DNA of 64,000 nt from the NCBI GenBank assembly GCA_051294375.1, contig CM119268.1, positions 2,005,486 through 2,069,485 of the forward strand, given 5' to 3'. Below, in pieces: positions 1-20,300 of the stretch. A program made the translations under genes and the position numbers. Below the pieces are notes generated by a model. That model had not been told where the DNA came from and did not search any database. It was given only the letters and a program-made list of their open reading frames with translations. Source of the stretch: Paraspadella gotoi. Its lineage: Eukaryota; Animalia; Chaetognatha. Position 1 is the stretch's first letter, and every line of letters begins with the position of its first letter.

Positions 1-72
1 TAAAGCGTATCACTAATGCGGCAAAAGGCTCGACCTTAAATATTCCCTTGAAAGAAAGATTAGAAGGCGGGA

Positions 73-5870
<5,798 letters not shown>

Positions 5871-6928
5871 ATTTGTAGCCCTTCCAAGGCAAGGCTTCGC
5901 TGAGAACGTGACCTCTTCCTTTTTTTTTAAATATCGAATACTATTTCTTTTATAATCGAGGACTAGTTATTGTAGACTAGTAGAAGCGCGCGGGTAAATA
6001 TTTTATTAATAAAATGTTTCCCATGCTTTTGTTTATCACTTATAAGTGCCACGTTCGTTTATTTCATTTGTTCCGATATTACTTTGAGCAAACTACAGTT
6101 GTAAGTTGACTAGAGATGCATACAAACATCCAATATTTTTTTTAAAGTTGACACGACGAAATAACTGAAAATATAACACATGTAAACATGACTGAGGTGG
6201 AGACAAATAGTTTAGTTTTTGAAATATAATTAAGTGTGGTATCAATTTTTTAAATATTAAATAAGTCCTTGATGAAAATAAATGGAAGTTTTTATCTCGG
6301 CAACGAAGCACGTATATATTTTAGACAAAACACTTGCTGAATAAAGCTGCTTTTCGTTCCGACACACTCAATGTAGTTGGGGTTCTTCACTAAACTAGAA
6401 TCTGGTTATAAAATCAGAGATGCAGCAACATCGCATGGTTTCATAGATATTTTCGGTAGTCCTAAGTATTTTAACTACATTGTGGCCCTACAATGTAGGG
6501 TTTACTACCCTAAAATTGTAAACTCCCTGGCCTCTGATATATAACCAAATAAGATTTTTTCCCTAGCTGTCGATCTATCACTGAAACCTACATTAAAATA
6601 TCATATATAAGCAGCCTTAAATTCCTCTTAAAAAGCAATTGAATTACTCACCGAAAATAAACTTCAAAACAAAAAGTTGAACCAAAATAATGTAATTAAA
6701 CAAAATTAAAATTAACGATTTTTTAAATTAAAATTAAAAAAAAAGGCAAATCATACGTAACAAGATAAATAAATAATAAGTTAAGAAAAAAAAAAAGAAT
6801 TGAACTCAAACGGAACATACCCAAAAAAAACATACCAAAAAAACAACAAAAAAACAAAAACCAAACTATCTTTTTCCGATTGACTTGCTTTTCTCGTCTA
6901 TCGAACTACAACGACTAGATTTGAGGTT

Positions 6929-9542
6929 TCAAATGGAGACCCAGTCCCAACGGCCGGTGAGCGTATCCTCGTTGTCGTCGTCGTCGTCATTAGAGACCCA
7001 GTTCCAATAACCGGCGCCGACGTCGTTGGAACCGATGGCGAGCGGCTCTTCGATGAAGCCCGACTCGTCGTCTTCGTCGCCCTTGGCAATCTCGTCGATC
7101 GTTTGGCCCGAGGATTGGCCAGAGGATTGACCCAAAAATTGGCCCGAAGGTTGCCCAAAGTCGTGACCGGATAGATCGGGATCGTCCTCCCGGTCGTTCC
7201 TCTTGTCACGTTCGCCGTTATCACAATGTAGCCAGGCAAAGCGACGAAATGTATCACAGATAAGATTGTTCTCGGTTTCGCTCGTTGCGCCCGAGTCGGT
7301 GGAGATGGAGTGTTCGACGGGGAAGGGGGCTTCGGAGTGGACTCCCTTGGCGGCGTCTTCGCCTGAGCCAGAATCGGCACCCAATTTATCTATGTTTTTC
7401 ACGGGCGACGCCAACATGTCCGGTCTCGTCCCGGAAACGCCGGAACCGTCGGCCATGAAACGAACTACGGAATCGTCTGGCTCGATGCGTTCTCCGTAGT
7501 AGTTGATGATTGTCAGAGCGGGTTTTGATCTTTGTAAGAATAAGTAAATATCAGTAAGGGAAATTATGGGAAACGTTTTGTGGATCGTATACAATCCCAG
7601 CCATTTGTTTCCTTTACCCGACCAATTCCATGAGAATTCGGTCGTCCACGTAATTGCACTGCTGTAGACCCAGGTATGTTAGATTTCGCATGTGTTCCAG
7701 CACCCCGACGAGCGGACTTCCCTTCAAAGCCTTAAGTCCCAAAATTTCTAGGTGCGCCATTTTCGGACATCCTTCCACGAGTTCTTTCAAACCCGCGTCC
7801 TCGATCTCCCAACACCTGCGGATTTGAGCAAAGGATGAATTCGATAAACGAGACAGAGAGATCAAGTTTAAGGATCGGAAAACGCGGGACCAACCAGGAT
7901 AAATTGAGGTACTCGAGCTTTTTGCCGCAGGCTTTGACGATCTGCTTGACCCCGTTGTCGTCGAGGTGAGAGCACTCGGGAAGTTCCAATCGTTTCAAAT
8001 CCGGAAAAGGAGAATCGCCAAAGGAGTTGGGCAAGAATAAACGAACGAGTCCGATGGAGCTAAAACCGGTGCCTAGAAAATGGGGTCAACCAGAAAGTAC
8101 AGATTTAAAATCAGTTGAGACGACTTCAATTGCACCATTTTACAATCTCATACCTCGCTTAAGGCGAAGGTGCTCCAGCTTGCCCAGCCTCCTCAGCGGA
8201 TCGACGGATATGTCCGACAGAAGATCGCAGAAGGACATGTCGAGGACGCGAAGTTGGAAGCAGGCGTGGCCGATGCTGAGGATGGAATCGTCCGTCAGCT
8301 CTTCGCCGTCGAGTCGTAACTCGACCAAGGAAGAGGAATGCAAAGAAGTGAGGATTGACAGGGAGAGGTCTGCGATCGAATATTTATCAGTAATTACTCT
8401 TCTTCTATATATTACATGAAATTTTAAATACCCGTGAGCCAGGGAATTCCGTCGGCGTTGAGCGACTTGAGTGCGTCAACCGACCTTGCCACGATCACCA
8501 CAAATTCGTCCGTCAGAGATGAGCAGTGAGACACGTTGAGACGCTCGAGACCGCGGAGGCGCGAACACAGGGCCTCGATGGCCTCGTTGGTGACGCCCTC
8601 TGTGCCCCGACATCCTTCCAAATTTACAACCTGAGTGGGAATTATGAATAATATGATTAATCAGAATATATTTCATTTTTAGATGTCGAAAATGAATATA
8701 AAGTAATAAGCGGCGTACCTTCAGTTTGGGACATTTTTCGGAGAGAACGCCGAGAACGGCGGCGTCGATGTTGTGGCAGAATCCCAAATGTATTTCTTGC
8801 AGATCGGGAATAAAAGAGGAAAAGGTCGCGACCTCGGGATAATCGATGTCACTCCAACCGGAAATGTTTAGAGATTTGAGAAGCGGCGCGCCTAAAAAAA
8901 ACGGAAGCCACTGAGTGGAGAAGAAATAGCGACAATGTGGGGGGAGATCAAAAGAAGAAAGGGAGAATTAAGGCAAAGGGAGAAAGAAAGAACGACAAAG
9001 ACTGGGGGGAAAATTATTGGAAGATAATCAGAGAAGAAAAAATTGAAACAGTCAAAGAAGGAACTGTGACAAATAGAAATAAGAGAAGGAAAAAAGAAAA
9101 TTGAAGAATGAAAAAGAAAATAATATTGGATGAAAACAAAAAGATAAGTCTAAAAATAAAAAAGCCACCATGAAATGGTAAGCTCGCGCTTGCCTTTGAT
9201 GAGACGACAGAGCGTGTAATTGGCCCCAGCGACGGAACCGTTGTAAAAGGAGAGATCCAGCTGCGTCCAGAGAAGCGGATCTTTCGTCAGTCGGTGCCAA
9301 TCTCTGCAAACGGGCGCCGCGTGCAGCACCAACTCTCTCGGGGACAAGTAGGCGAAGACGCGGAGGAGCAACTCCACGGGGAGACGGTCGAAGACGGTGG
9401 GGTCATGGTCGTCGGGGACTGGGGGAGAGGAAGACGCCGATCGAGTGGGGCTGAGAGGAGGAGGAGGAGGAGGAGGAGTAGTCGTCGTCGTCGTCGTCCA
9501 GTTGGATGTTGGAAGTCGTTGATTGTCGTCGGGTAACGACAT
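6929..9542 (-). CDS. F-box/leucine-rich-repeat protein (FBXL family), multi-exon, with an acidic C-terminal tail
   Basis: F-box motif FDRLPVELLLRVFAYLSPRELVLHAAPVCRDWHRLTKDPLLWTQLDLS, followed by cysteine-containing LRRs (LRVLDMSFCDLLSD, LKRLELPECSHLDDNGV, LTYLGLQQCNYVDD). Short GT-AG introns. Confidence 0.9.
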
Positions 9543-11316
9543 CGGCGGAAAGTTGGGAGAGAGAGAGTATTGATTTAAACGTTTCGATTTTTCGCATAAC
9601 CGGTTTTTTTTTGGTGCGTTTATAAACGAAATATTCTAGTGAAAAAAATATATGTCATGATGATTGATCGAAGTAAATGAAGAAATCAAAAGAAGAGCTA
9701 GTCGACGTAAGAGAAGGGAAATTTAATGCGGGCACGAAAATGCGAGGCGGGTGTGATTGCGTCCGATATCTCTTAAGCCGCTCTTTGAAAAATCCGATGC
9801 AAATCAAGAAAGGGGACCCCACCCACTGGTACCCACTACAGGTCATCCATACGAATCAATGAATTTGGAATTACTTTCCTTGTTAAATAATACGTTTTCG
9901 GTAATTCTTTCACTGTAACACTATTCGAAAAATAAGTAGCTTTTAATAGGGATTTAAGTACATCTAAAGGCACTGTACAACACCGGGGTAAATAACACAA
10001 AATAAGGCCTCTAGGAAATTGAGTAATGAGTATTGAAAAGTTACGTTTCTATTAGATTCATCGATTGATTTTGCGTCCATTAAAAGTGTAAATATAAATG
10101 ATGAAAAAGCCTAATCAATAACAATAGCTAATTGATTATCGTTAACTTACAGATAACATAGCACCGCAAAAAGGCAAAATCGGTAGAATGAACGCAATTA
10201 AATCCTAAAATGTGACAGATGGAGTGCACAAAATAGGAAAACGGTTTGATAAAAATTTTATGGAGTATAAACATCTAAAATATAGCTAATTAAATTTTGA
10301 CCTTGTTAGGTCATATAAGACGAAATTTAGTGGGAAAAATAATCTTGTCAATCTTACTAGTTTTGGCAACAAAGATATTGCTTTTTTATGACATAATTTT
10401 TAGCAAGATAAAGTGCGTTGGGTTCCATTCAGTCAAAAAGTTAAATTAGTTTTTTTCCATAATAAAAAATAACATACATTATCAAAACAGTAAACTATGT
10501 TAATATGAATATTAATGCAGCTTTCAAGTAGAAAGCAAAACATGATTAGCGAACAAAAAATAATTCAACGGAATGTCTTGAGAAGCAGTAAAAGCTGATA
10601 ATTGGTCAATTGCTTGACCCAAAACTTAAAATGAGTAACGGAAATCAAATTTCCGTTTAATACATATTTCTCTTTCAGTTCCAATACTTAATCTTCACTA
10701 ACCAAGAAAAATATTTTGGAGAGTGTCCAAACTTCAATAAATTTTAAATTCATCAAAAATAAGAAAAATATTGCACATAAATGAAGGCTAAAGAGTAAAA
10801 ACTCCGCTCGTTCACACTTATCACTGACACATGATTTATTGGCCACAAAAATGGTAGCAGCGCGTTGCAAGCCGGATTAAATTTAGATTTAACAGTTGAC
10901 TAGGATTGAAAATCAATAGGCCCGAAATTGATGAAGATCGTAATCAACTGGCCGGGTTATATGGGACAACCTCGATGCCAGAAAGACGGAACAAAATTGG
11001 GCTTTTCTCTCCTCAAGAGTCGAATCTTAGAAAAAAATATTCAGAACTAGAGCTTTTACATTAATACCACTTGATCAAACGTCTATAGATTGTAATAATG
11101 AGTATGAATAAACTAAAAATAATTACGTATATATCATTTTTTTGGATTAGAATTTTGTTTAAGTCGTTTTTTTTTTAGATTATCAAGAATAAGTAGCGTT
11201 TTTTCCTTGATAAATTTTAGTCGATAATTTTAGTTGTTTTTTTTCAAGCGTCGAAATTTCATTTCAAGGAAAGGAAACAACGCCCGGCGAAAAGACGATC
11301 CCAGAGACGATATTTC

Positions 11317-14300
11317 TTAATCCGCCAGGTGAGAGTCGGAAGGGAAAGTTTCGGCGATTTCCCTCATGATCTCGTCGATGCCCTGATCCGGCGAAAGGGA
11401 AGACGAGTGAACAGCGGAACCGCTCGACGACAACGGTCCCGAGGAAAAGGGCGCGGTGGATGTCTGACCCGTCTGCTGATAACCTTGAGTCGTTCTCGAG
11501 TCCGCGTGATGGTGGAAATGCCTCTCCTCCGACGAGGAAGATTTCGACTGATATCCCGGCAACGACGTGGCCGAGGAAGACGGCGTCATGTGCGGGCTCG
11601 AGTGGCCCGATCCGCCGTAGCCGGCGTCGGTCGGGTGGTCGAGAAGCTGTCGAAGTCGTTGAAGTTGAGTCTCCAGTTGTCTGAAATTAATTGGAGTTAT
11701 TTATTTTTAAGTCATTTATTAGCTATACAATTAAAAAATCAAAACGAGTAACTGAGCTAAAAATGCATACTAACCTGTTGTGATCTTCCAGGATATGCAT
11801 CCTGGCTTCCAGCCTCCCTTTATGGACCCTCAGCTGTTTCGCCTCGGCCGCCATGTCGGTGTCCTTGACGACGGGGGTCGCGAGGGTAGCCGGAATCCCG
11901 GCCAAGGCCGGCGGCGGGCAAGCCGGTACGGGGGAGCCAAGGCCAGTCCGGAGACGTTGTTGGCGAAGTTGTTCATACTCACTGAGTAAGCGCGCGTTCT
12001 CTTGCTCGAGGATCTTGATGCGAGTCTCAAGATCTCGGGAGGAAGACGCGGTCAACGAGGCGATGATCTGAGCCGGAGACCTCGGGACCACGCGCTTGGA
12101 GACGCTCCGCTCGGGATCTCCGTTGAGGAGCAGCGAATAATTGTAGATGAGTTGATGCTCGTCGTCGGCGTCCGGCGACGAATGGGAGCGAGACCGGGAG
12201 CTCTCTTGCCTCTCCTCAGCCTGGGATGGGAGAAAAACAAATGTAATTAAACAAATAGTCTTCTTAATCGTAGTAACTTACCTGAGCTAATTGTGAGGCG
12301 TATAGTTCGAATCTGTTGTGGACATCTCGTATCGGATTTTCTTCCTGCGATTGATTCGAGTTAAACGAGTGATTGGCAGATGGAGAGGGCGGTCTCTGCA
12401 TTTGGTCTCCTTCCAATACCGACGAAACGGGTAAATAGCCAATTTTAGGATGCTTTCTAAAAAACTCCCGCGATTTGAATTTGTTTTTGAGTACTTTCGT
12501 AAAGTCTTTAACATCCTCTCCACTTGTGGTTGCAACGCAGTACTCTTTAATAGGATGAGTAGCTTTATGGCCTTTGCTTATACGCCCAGAGAAAAAACAA
12601 TTTTGACAAAGGTCCACGTTAAAGCATCTCAGACAACGATAACGCATGCCAACGATTGGAAATGCTTTGCAGGCATTACATTTGGCTTGGTGTTTGGCCG
12701 ATTCAGCAGCTGCCATTCTGTGTAATACCGGAAGCCATACCAAGGATTGCGGTTCACATCTCAGCCAATCTAAAAACTCAGTGGCTCTAATTTCACGTGT
12801 TTCTTGCTTGGAGGAGTGCTCGAGACAACTTCGCACAGACGGCTCGATATTAGAACCGCCAAAAGCCGCTATTTCACCAAGTTGCCGAGGAAGTTGAACA
12901 CAGTCGTGCAGTAATAGGCCGAGTTTTCTTTCATCAACAAAACCATTAGCATCTGCCACGCATCTGAAGATGTATCGGTATTTGTCATCAAGGTGAGCCT
13001 TACACATAAGAATGATAGCTACTTTGAATGATAACGCTCTCACTTTACCACTCCTTGCACTATCATATACGTTTAAAATCCAATTTAACAATAAATCAAT
13101 ATACAGAGGTATGTTTGTAACAAGCTTCGGATTATCTTTAGCGAGCTCTGTATAAATAGTTTGTGCAACTGCAATGATATCGGGAGCATCAAGAGCCCGG
13201 TCATTTTGCCCACGAAGATTATGAGTGTCAAGGGCACCAATGGCATTGTTTATGCTTAAAAGATCCAGGCAAAGAGTCTTTTGTAACAATCTTAATTTCA
13301 TTGCAGTTCTGTAGGCTGAATAACGGACTTCATTCATAGAGGAAAGAGTTTGATAAATTTCGGTCATTCTTGGGTGATCCCAATGAGTAGTTTCACTGTC
13401 ATGATTAATATAATAGGGCGCTTGATTTATGGCAACAGCTCGTTGCCAAGGATAGGAAATAGAGTTAGCCAAAAAACCTTGAGTATCAGAACCAGAAAAT
13501 TGCAAAGCTTGATGAAGATTTTTTACACGTTCTTCAATGGCAATATGCAGATGTGACCACCTTTTATTGATGTCCTCCAATTGATGGACATAAGTGTCAG
13601 ATATAATCACATCAAGATTAAGGAATTGCGCAGCCTGATTATTCACCATATCTACATCATTTTGAATACCTGAGGTGGTTTCTTTTAGTTGTCTAACATC
13701 ATCCAGTTGGTGAATTATGGAGTGAGGAGTAGGAAGATCGCTAATCTCTTTCCAATTGACTTTCACTTGTTCACCATTTGCAATTTTCTGATCAATCTCT
13801 TTCAAATTTTGCTGAAACGATATAAACGCTGGCATGCTGTCGTCAATACGCTTTAATAAAATATTGACGCGATTATTAACTTTTACCCAATCTTCTTCCA
13901 AGAGAACAATACTTTCATTTACATTTTTAACAACAATTTGATTTTCTTCTTCAATATTGGATTTAGCGCCATTTACAAAAACATTACCTTGAGTCAGACA
14001 AGTTTCAACATTGGGATTCCTAATGATTAATTCACTTTCTATCGATTTTAATTCGTCCTGTTGAATTTTGAGGGACATCATATCATTTGCTAGTTGATCA
14101 TATTTGTCTAGTTCTTGATCCTTTGTCTGCAACCAAGCTCCATGTTCTTTCATTGAAACTAAAACATTTTTTCCAAGGTTAATATCACTTTCAAGCCTTG
14201 TTTGAATTTCTTTACTTTTTTGCATGATCTTGGCCCATTGTAAATTTATATTATCCAGCTTGTAACGAACTTCATCCGCTTGTGTTATCTCTCCTGATTG

Positions 14301-17300
14301 AATCATTAAGTTTCCATTCTTATTAATTATTGAGTAAGTTTCTTCAAATTGGTATATTTCATTTTGTAATTCTTTATACCTCAAGGAAAGTTGTTCACGG
14401 TTTAGGTTTCCTTCAGTTAAGTCTTTAATTGCATTTTGTAAGGATTCTTCCGTTTTTTCAGCCCAAGTAGAGAATTGGTTAAAATCAGAATCAAAACTTT
14501 TTGACCCTGAAGTGTGTTGAAAAAACAGGGTTCGCTGAGATACTTTGTTAATTAAATTATTCCATCTTAAATTTACTCTTTCTACTGCAGCTTTAATTTT
14601 TGAAGAATCATCTTTGGTGTAAGTTTCAATCATTGTTTCCCCAATAACTAATAAATCCTGAACTTTATCTTTCCAAGCCTCAATTTCATTCTCTACAATT
14701 TTCTGGGTCTCAATTGCTCGTGTTTGTTCAGAAGAAAAATCTTCCGCATTTACGCTTTCAAACTCACCTTCTATCATATTTATCCAATGAGCATATGCTT
14801 CTAATTGATCAGCAAAATTGCAAGAATCCACAAGCATTTTGTCCAATTCTGCATACCTCTTATTTCCCTTACTTTGACAAATTTCCCATACATTTGACAA
14901 TTTTTCAGCTTTTTTTGACAGTAAATTCCTTTCACTTTCATTTTCGGTATTGATTTTAATTTCTTGAGCAAGAGCTATAATTTCTTCAAAATGAGCCTTT
15001 TTGCTGTCTATTTCCGACAATAAGCCTTTTTGCTTAACCAGCATTTCAGAAATCTCCTCAGCATCTCCTACTATTACAGTCTGATTTTTAAATGTATTAT
15101 CAAGGAGCTTTAACCAGTCCAAAATTTGACTAACTTTCTTATCAAAATCAGGATATGACGAATCTAATGCTAACAATTCTTCTGTTTGAGTTGTGAGTTC
15201 CACGTTCATTTCCTTATAAGCCATTTCTGTCCTCTGACTGACAGTTACTGAAGTAACCCGTTTGATTGATGCTTCACTTTCTTTGTGCAAGAAAGCTTCT
15301 TCCTCATTATGACCAAATTCACCTGGTTTACGGGATGAAACCTCCTCACAAACATTTTTCCAACTATTATTTAAAGTTTCAAGTTTTTCTTGCAACAGAC
15401 TTGCGTCTGGTATTGAAGACTGAGAAATGATTTCACTTCCACAACTGTTAACAGAGAGGACCACAGTTTGGTTTTCTTTGATTGCCCTTTCAAGCTCATT
15501 ATGAAGATTTCTGGCCTGTTCAGATTCATCATAAAGAGTATAGTTAGCTAGATCTTGTTCTGCTATTGATAGCCAAACAGTTAAATCTCTCATTTCACGG
15601 TGGAACTGTTGCCATTTGCTCATTGCTTCCAACCATCGATTATGGCGGTCAGAATATTCTCCACAAACCGTACTCCAATCACTTCTAAGTCTACCCATTG
15701 CTATGCCTAGTTCAGCTTCTTCATCAACATCATCTATAGTAATCATGACATCGCTGTGCTGCCTTTCAGCAGCTTCTACTAATGGTTGAATTTGTTCAAA
15801 ACGGTCCTGTATAGTTTTAAGCTTATCTTCCTGTTTAGAAAAATCCTCAAAGTCACCTCCAGTGAGCTCAGACGACTGTAATAATGACTTATTTATATCT
15901 TGTATATCGTCTAACAGCTTTTCAATAGATTTAATAAAATCAGGAGGATTGCTTGGAAGTTCAACTAAATAAACAGAAACTCGGTTACTATCAGATGCCA
16001 TGACAGATGTGGTGGTCACGGATGATGTTATCCCTTTTTCAGTTTTCTTTTTTCTCATCATGACTTGGGGTTCTTCTTCTAAAACAATATCAATTTCAGC
16101 TTCCGGCTCATGAGCTACCAAAGATTCATCATTTTCCGCCAATTCCTTGAGAATCTGCTGCTGATTCTTTAAGCTTCTAAAATTGTTATGAACCTGCATG
16201 TATCTTTTTTTAATATCAATAAGCGTTGGTTTTACAGTAAAGCCAGCGCCCTTATCCTCCAAAACTGAAGCACGTTCTTCTATTATTTCAAGATTATTTA
16301 AAGACTCTTTTAACTCTGAATCTATGTTTTGTAAATCTTCACTAGTAATATCTTCTTCTAGTTTACATTCAATATCTGAAATGTTTTGTAATAAAGTATC
16401 ACTTTCAGACTTGAATGTTTGCAGATGATGATGAAGGGCTTTAATTTCTATAACACGCAACTCATGATTAACTTGTACGGTTTTCCATCTTAATTGTAAC
16501 GCATTAATATTTTCACTCCGAGAATTCTGAAATTTTTCTTGACTAGACTGTTTTTCTTTAAGTTCCAATGCCTTGGCAAAGCTTTTCTCTATTTCGGAAA
16601 CTTGTTTCGTAATATCACTGATATTTTCGGTGTCGTTCTTGTTCAGGTCAATATGTTGCATTAAAGACGAAGATAAAATGTTTTCAAGGCCGGAAATTTT
16701 TGAATCAATATGAACTATTTCATCATCAAACTCTTTGAGAAGATCATTACTGTCAGAGCTTACTGACTCATAACTTAGGCGTCTTTCAGTTAGTTTCTCA
16801 AGAGCTGATTCAACTTCACATTCTAATGAATGATCAATTATGGACTCTGTCAACAGGTTATCATCAGGCTTACCCTGTAAAGATTGAAATGACAAAAGTT
16901 TTGACTGAATGGTTTGCCATCTTAGATTTAATCTGGTAAGCTCAGGTTCAACTGTTTTTGAATATTTTACACCACAATTCATTAACAAAATAGCTTTATC
17001 TCGAGTTTCTACAGTATGTGGGCTCACTTGGCTCATCTCCATGGACAATAATTTTAATGAGTCTAATTGGGATGGCGAATTTAGATCTTCAACTGGCAAA
17101 GATTCGAAATTTTTTACCGCTTGTTCAGCACTGTCTAACCAAATATTAACTTCAACTAAATGTTTTTTAAAGGCAACATAATCCTCCTCAGCTTTGAGAG
17201 CCATTTCCTCCAATTGAACTTTTTGGCGTGAAAGTTTTTGTTTTAGATCTTCAATATCCTTCTGTAACTGGCCAACTTTCTCGATAGCTCCTGTGGTAGT

Positions 17301-20300
17301 CCTTTCTGGAGCTAATTCTTGCAGATGGGTTGCGATCTCTTCTATAGCAGATATAATTGGTTGGCGACTGTAAAGTGATTGCAGGGAAGTAGCAACATAA
17401 TTAAGCTCATCGTCAATATCTCTAGATTTTGCGTTATTTTTTCTTTCAAGTTCAAGAGTGGTACCATCAATCCAATCATACATGACCGTTAGTTCCTTTC
17501 GAAGATTTTTTGAAATCTTAAGCGCTTTTTCAAGGTCTGTTTTACCTTCTGTTATCTGGGAACCAAATTCGTTATATGCTATCTTTAAACGGTCTATTTG
17601 TTTGGATACATGTTCTGGATAATCAACCTGTCCTTTTTCCACCAGGACTCGGCCAGTTTTGATAACATATTCAACTTCCTGTTTGATATCACTTAACATT
17701 TTATAAAGTTTCATACATTGCTCCATATAACCTTGGATTATTTCTGGTTCATAAGAGTTTAATTCAATTAAATGAACACACTTAGCAACTTGCTCTAGTA
17801 CGTTTTTAACCTTAAGCATTTTTGGTTCAAAATCAGAAGGTCTTTGAAATTTTTTAAATTTAACTATAAGTTCTACGTAACCTTTCTTTATGTTTGTATC
17901 GATTTGTTGTTCAAGTCGATTGGCAGCCTCAACTTTTCCATCAGCTCGATATGACTCCACCTGTTTTTCTAAATCATTTAAAAGTTCCTCTTGATGATCA
18001 AACTCTGCTTGCATCTGTTCATATTCTTCTGGCACATCTTGGGCCAGTACATCAGCATCTAACCTTGACTGAATTAAATAATCCATATCTGTAATCCATG
18101 CTTTATAATCTTGTATCTCTCTTTCAATGTCTTGCATTAGTTTGATAGCATCTTCTAGAACTCTTAATCTTTCTTTTCCAGATTCTTCAAGCAATTCACT
18201 TCGTTTGTTAAAGTTTTCCAATTCCTGGGTAATTTGGGCAACCATAATGTTATTTGAAACGATATCCTCCGCAAGATCATTTATCTTCATTCGATTCTCT
18301 ACATTCTTTTTGGCCAAATATCTGTCAAGATTATCAAGTTCTTCTGCAATTTGCTCACCATCTATGGCTTTCTGTGAAGCATCAGAAGCAAGTTTTTTTT
18401 CTAAATTATCTAACCACTTTGTTTCTACATCTAAAACATTTTCCAGCATATTCCACTTTTCAAGAGCTTCAGTATGATCTTTAACCCTTACATCAATCTG
18501 ACTTATAAGGTTCCACCATCTTTGATTTAAACTGGTCACCCTTCCTTGAATAGCTCTTTCCGAATCTGAAGATGAAGTAAGTGATCGTACAATTTCACCT
18601 AAGTCATCAACTTTATCTTGGAAATCACCACTCGTTTCTTGCTTAAGATTTAAGTATAATGATTTACACTTCTCTAAATCAGTATTACTTTTGACTAAAA
18701 CATCTGCTTTCTTAATCTTTTCTTCTGTATTAGTGATAAAGTCTAAAACAGTTTTGATTCCATTACTTATTTTGAAAGATTTTTCAAGAGCTGCTTCTAA
18801 ACTTTTTTTTTGGTTTGACGCAACCCTGAGAACATTTTCCCATTTCCGGTTGAGTTCAGTTAATTCCTCACTCAATATTTTACCATATTCCGGATCGGCT
18901 TCAGCCATCATCAGTTTGCCAGCTTCATTTATTGAATTCATGTTTGATTGTAATGTTACAATATCATCTTGTAGAGCCGTACTCTGTTCTATTTGAGCTT
19001 CAAGTGTGGCAGTATCTCCTAAGGCTGCCTCCTCTTCTTGAACAAAAGCGTCAACTTCTTTCATCCATGATTTCAACCCATCAACTTCTTCGTGAAATTG
19101 TCTAAGCTGATTAACAGCTCGTTCAAGTTTATCCATTCTATTATCAAGGCTATTTTTTATATCGCTCCATCGGGAATCAAGAGCAATCAAATCGGTTTCT
19201 AATTTCTTTGCTTTTTCTCCACTTGATTTTTGAATTAATTCAGAACCAGTACTTTGGATATAGATAAAACTTTTCTCCAAATCCGCAAAACCTTTCTGGG
19301 TTTCAAGACATTTTAGCTTTAAATCTTCCATAGTATCCAAATCAAAAATAGAAAATTTTTCATTTAAAATATCAGCTTCAGCATTGTTAATCCAGGAAAG
19401 TAGAGAAGTCATAGCATCTAAAAACTTTTTCGGAGGAGTTTGCTCAGCTGCTATTTGCAATAGATGCATGTGATTATTGATTTTTTCAATAATAGAGTCC
19501 CATTTCATTTTAAAATTGAGCACATCATCGTGAATATTTTTAAAATCGGCCTCACTTTCGTTAATACTAGCAGAAGAAGCAATTAAAGAATTCACTCGTT
19601 CATCATATGATCGAAATGAATTCAACTTTATTTTGCATTGTTCTAATTGTTGAGTTACTTTGTTTGAATCGTTGCCGACCTCTTCAATTGTGTCTAGCCA
19701 CTTACTATTTGTTGAAAGGACATCTTGCAGTGCTCTTAATTCTTCATTTATCTTTTTTGTCGCCACTGCTGCTTCTAAATTTTGACGATGTTCAGAAATT
19801 GAAGTTGACACACCTTCCCACTTGTAATTTATGTCACTGAGAATTTCTTTTACATTTTCAACATTTATTTCATTTTTCAACATTTTTTCTCCAGAAATAC
19901 AAATATTTTCCTTAATAGTTTTGCTTTTGCTTAAATCAGAGGAAATTTCGTTTAAAAGAACAATTTGCTCCTCCACAGTAAGAATTCTATCTTGGCGTTT
20001 ATCAGGAGATAAGAGCATAAGCGTGGATTCAGTTTTTTCATACCACTCATTAAATGCATTCTTAGAAGCCTCAAATTCACTAAAGTGCTCTTCCACAACA
20101 TCACTTTTGAGACTGCCTTTATCTTTAAAAGATTTTGACTCTGTCGCAACAACCGCAGGTTCTTGCAAAATAGATACATCTATACCTGTTTTGGTTATCT
20201 TGTGACTTTGATGTTCCATTTGATGAACTAAGTTATCCCACGCTTCGGTAAAATCTTCTAATTCAGCTTGTATAACCTCAATTGATTTAGATTCTGCATC

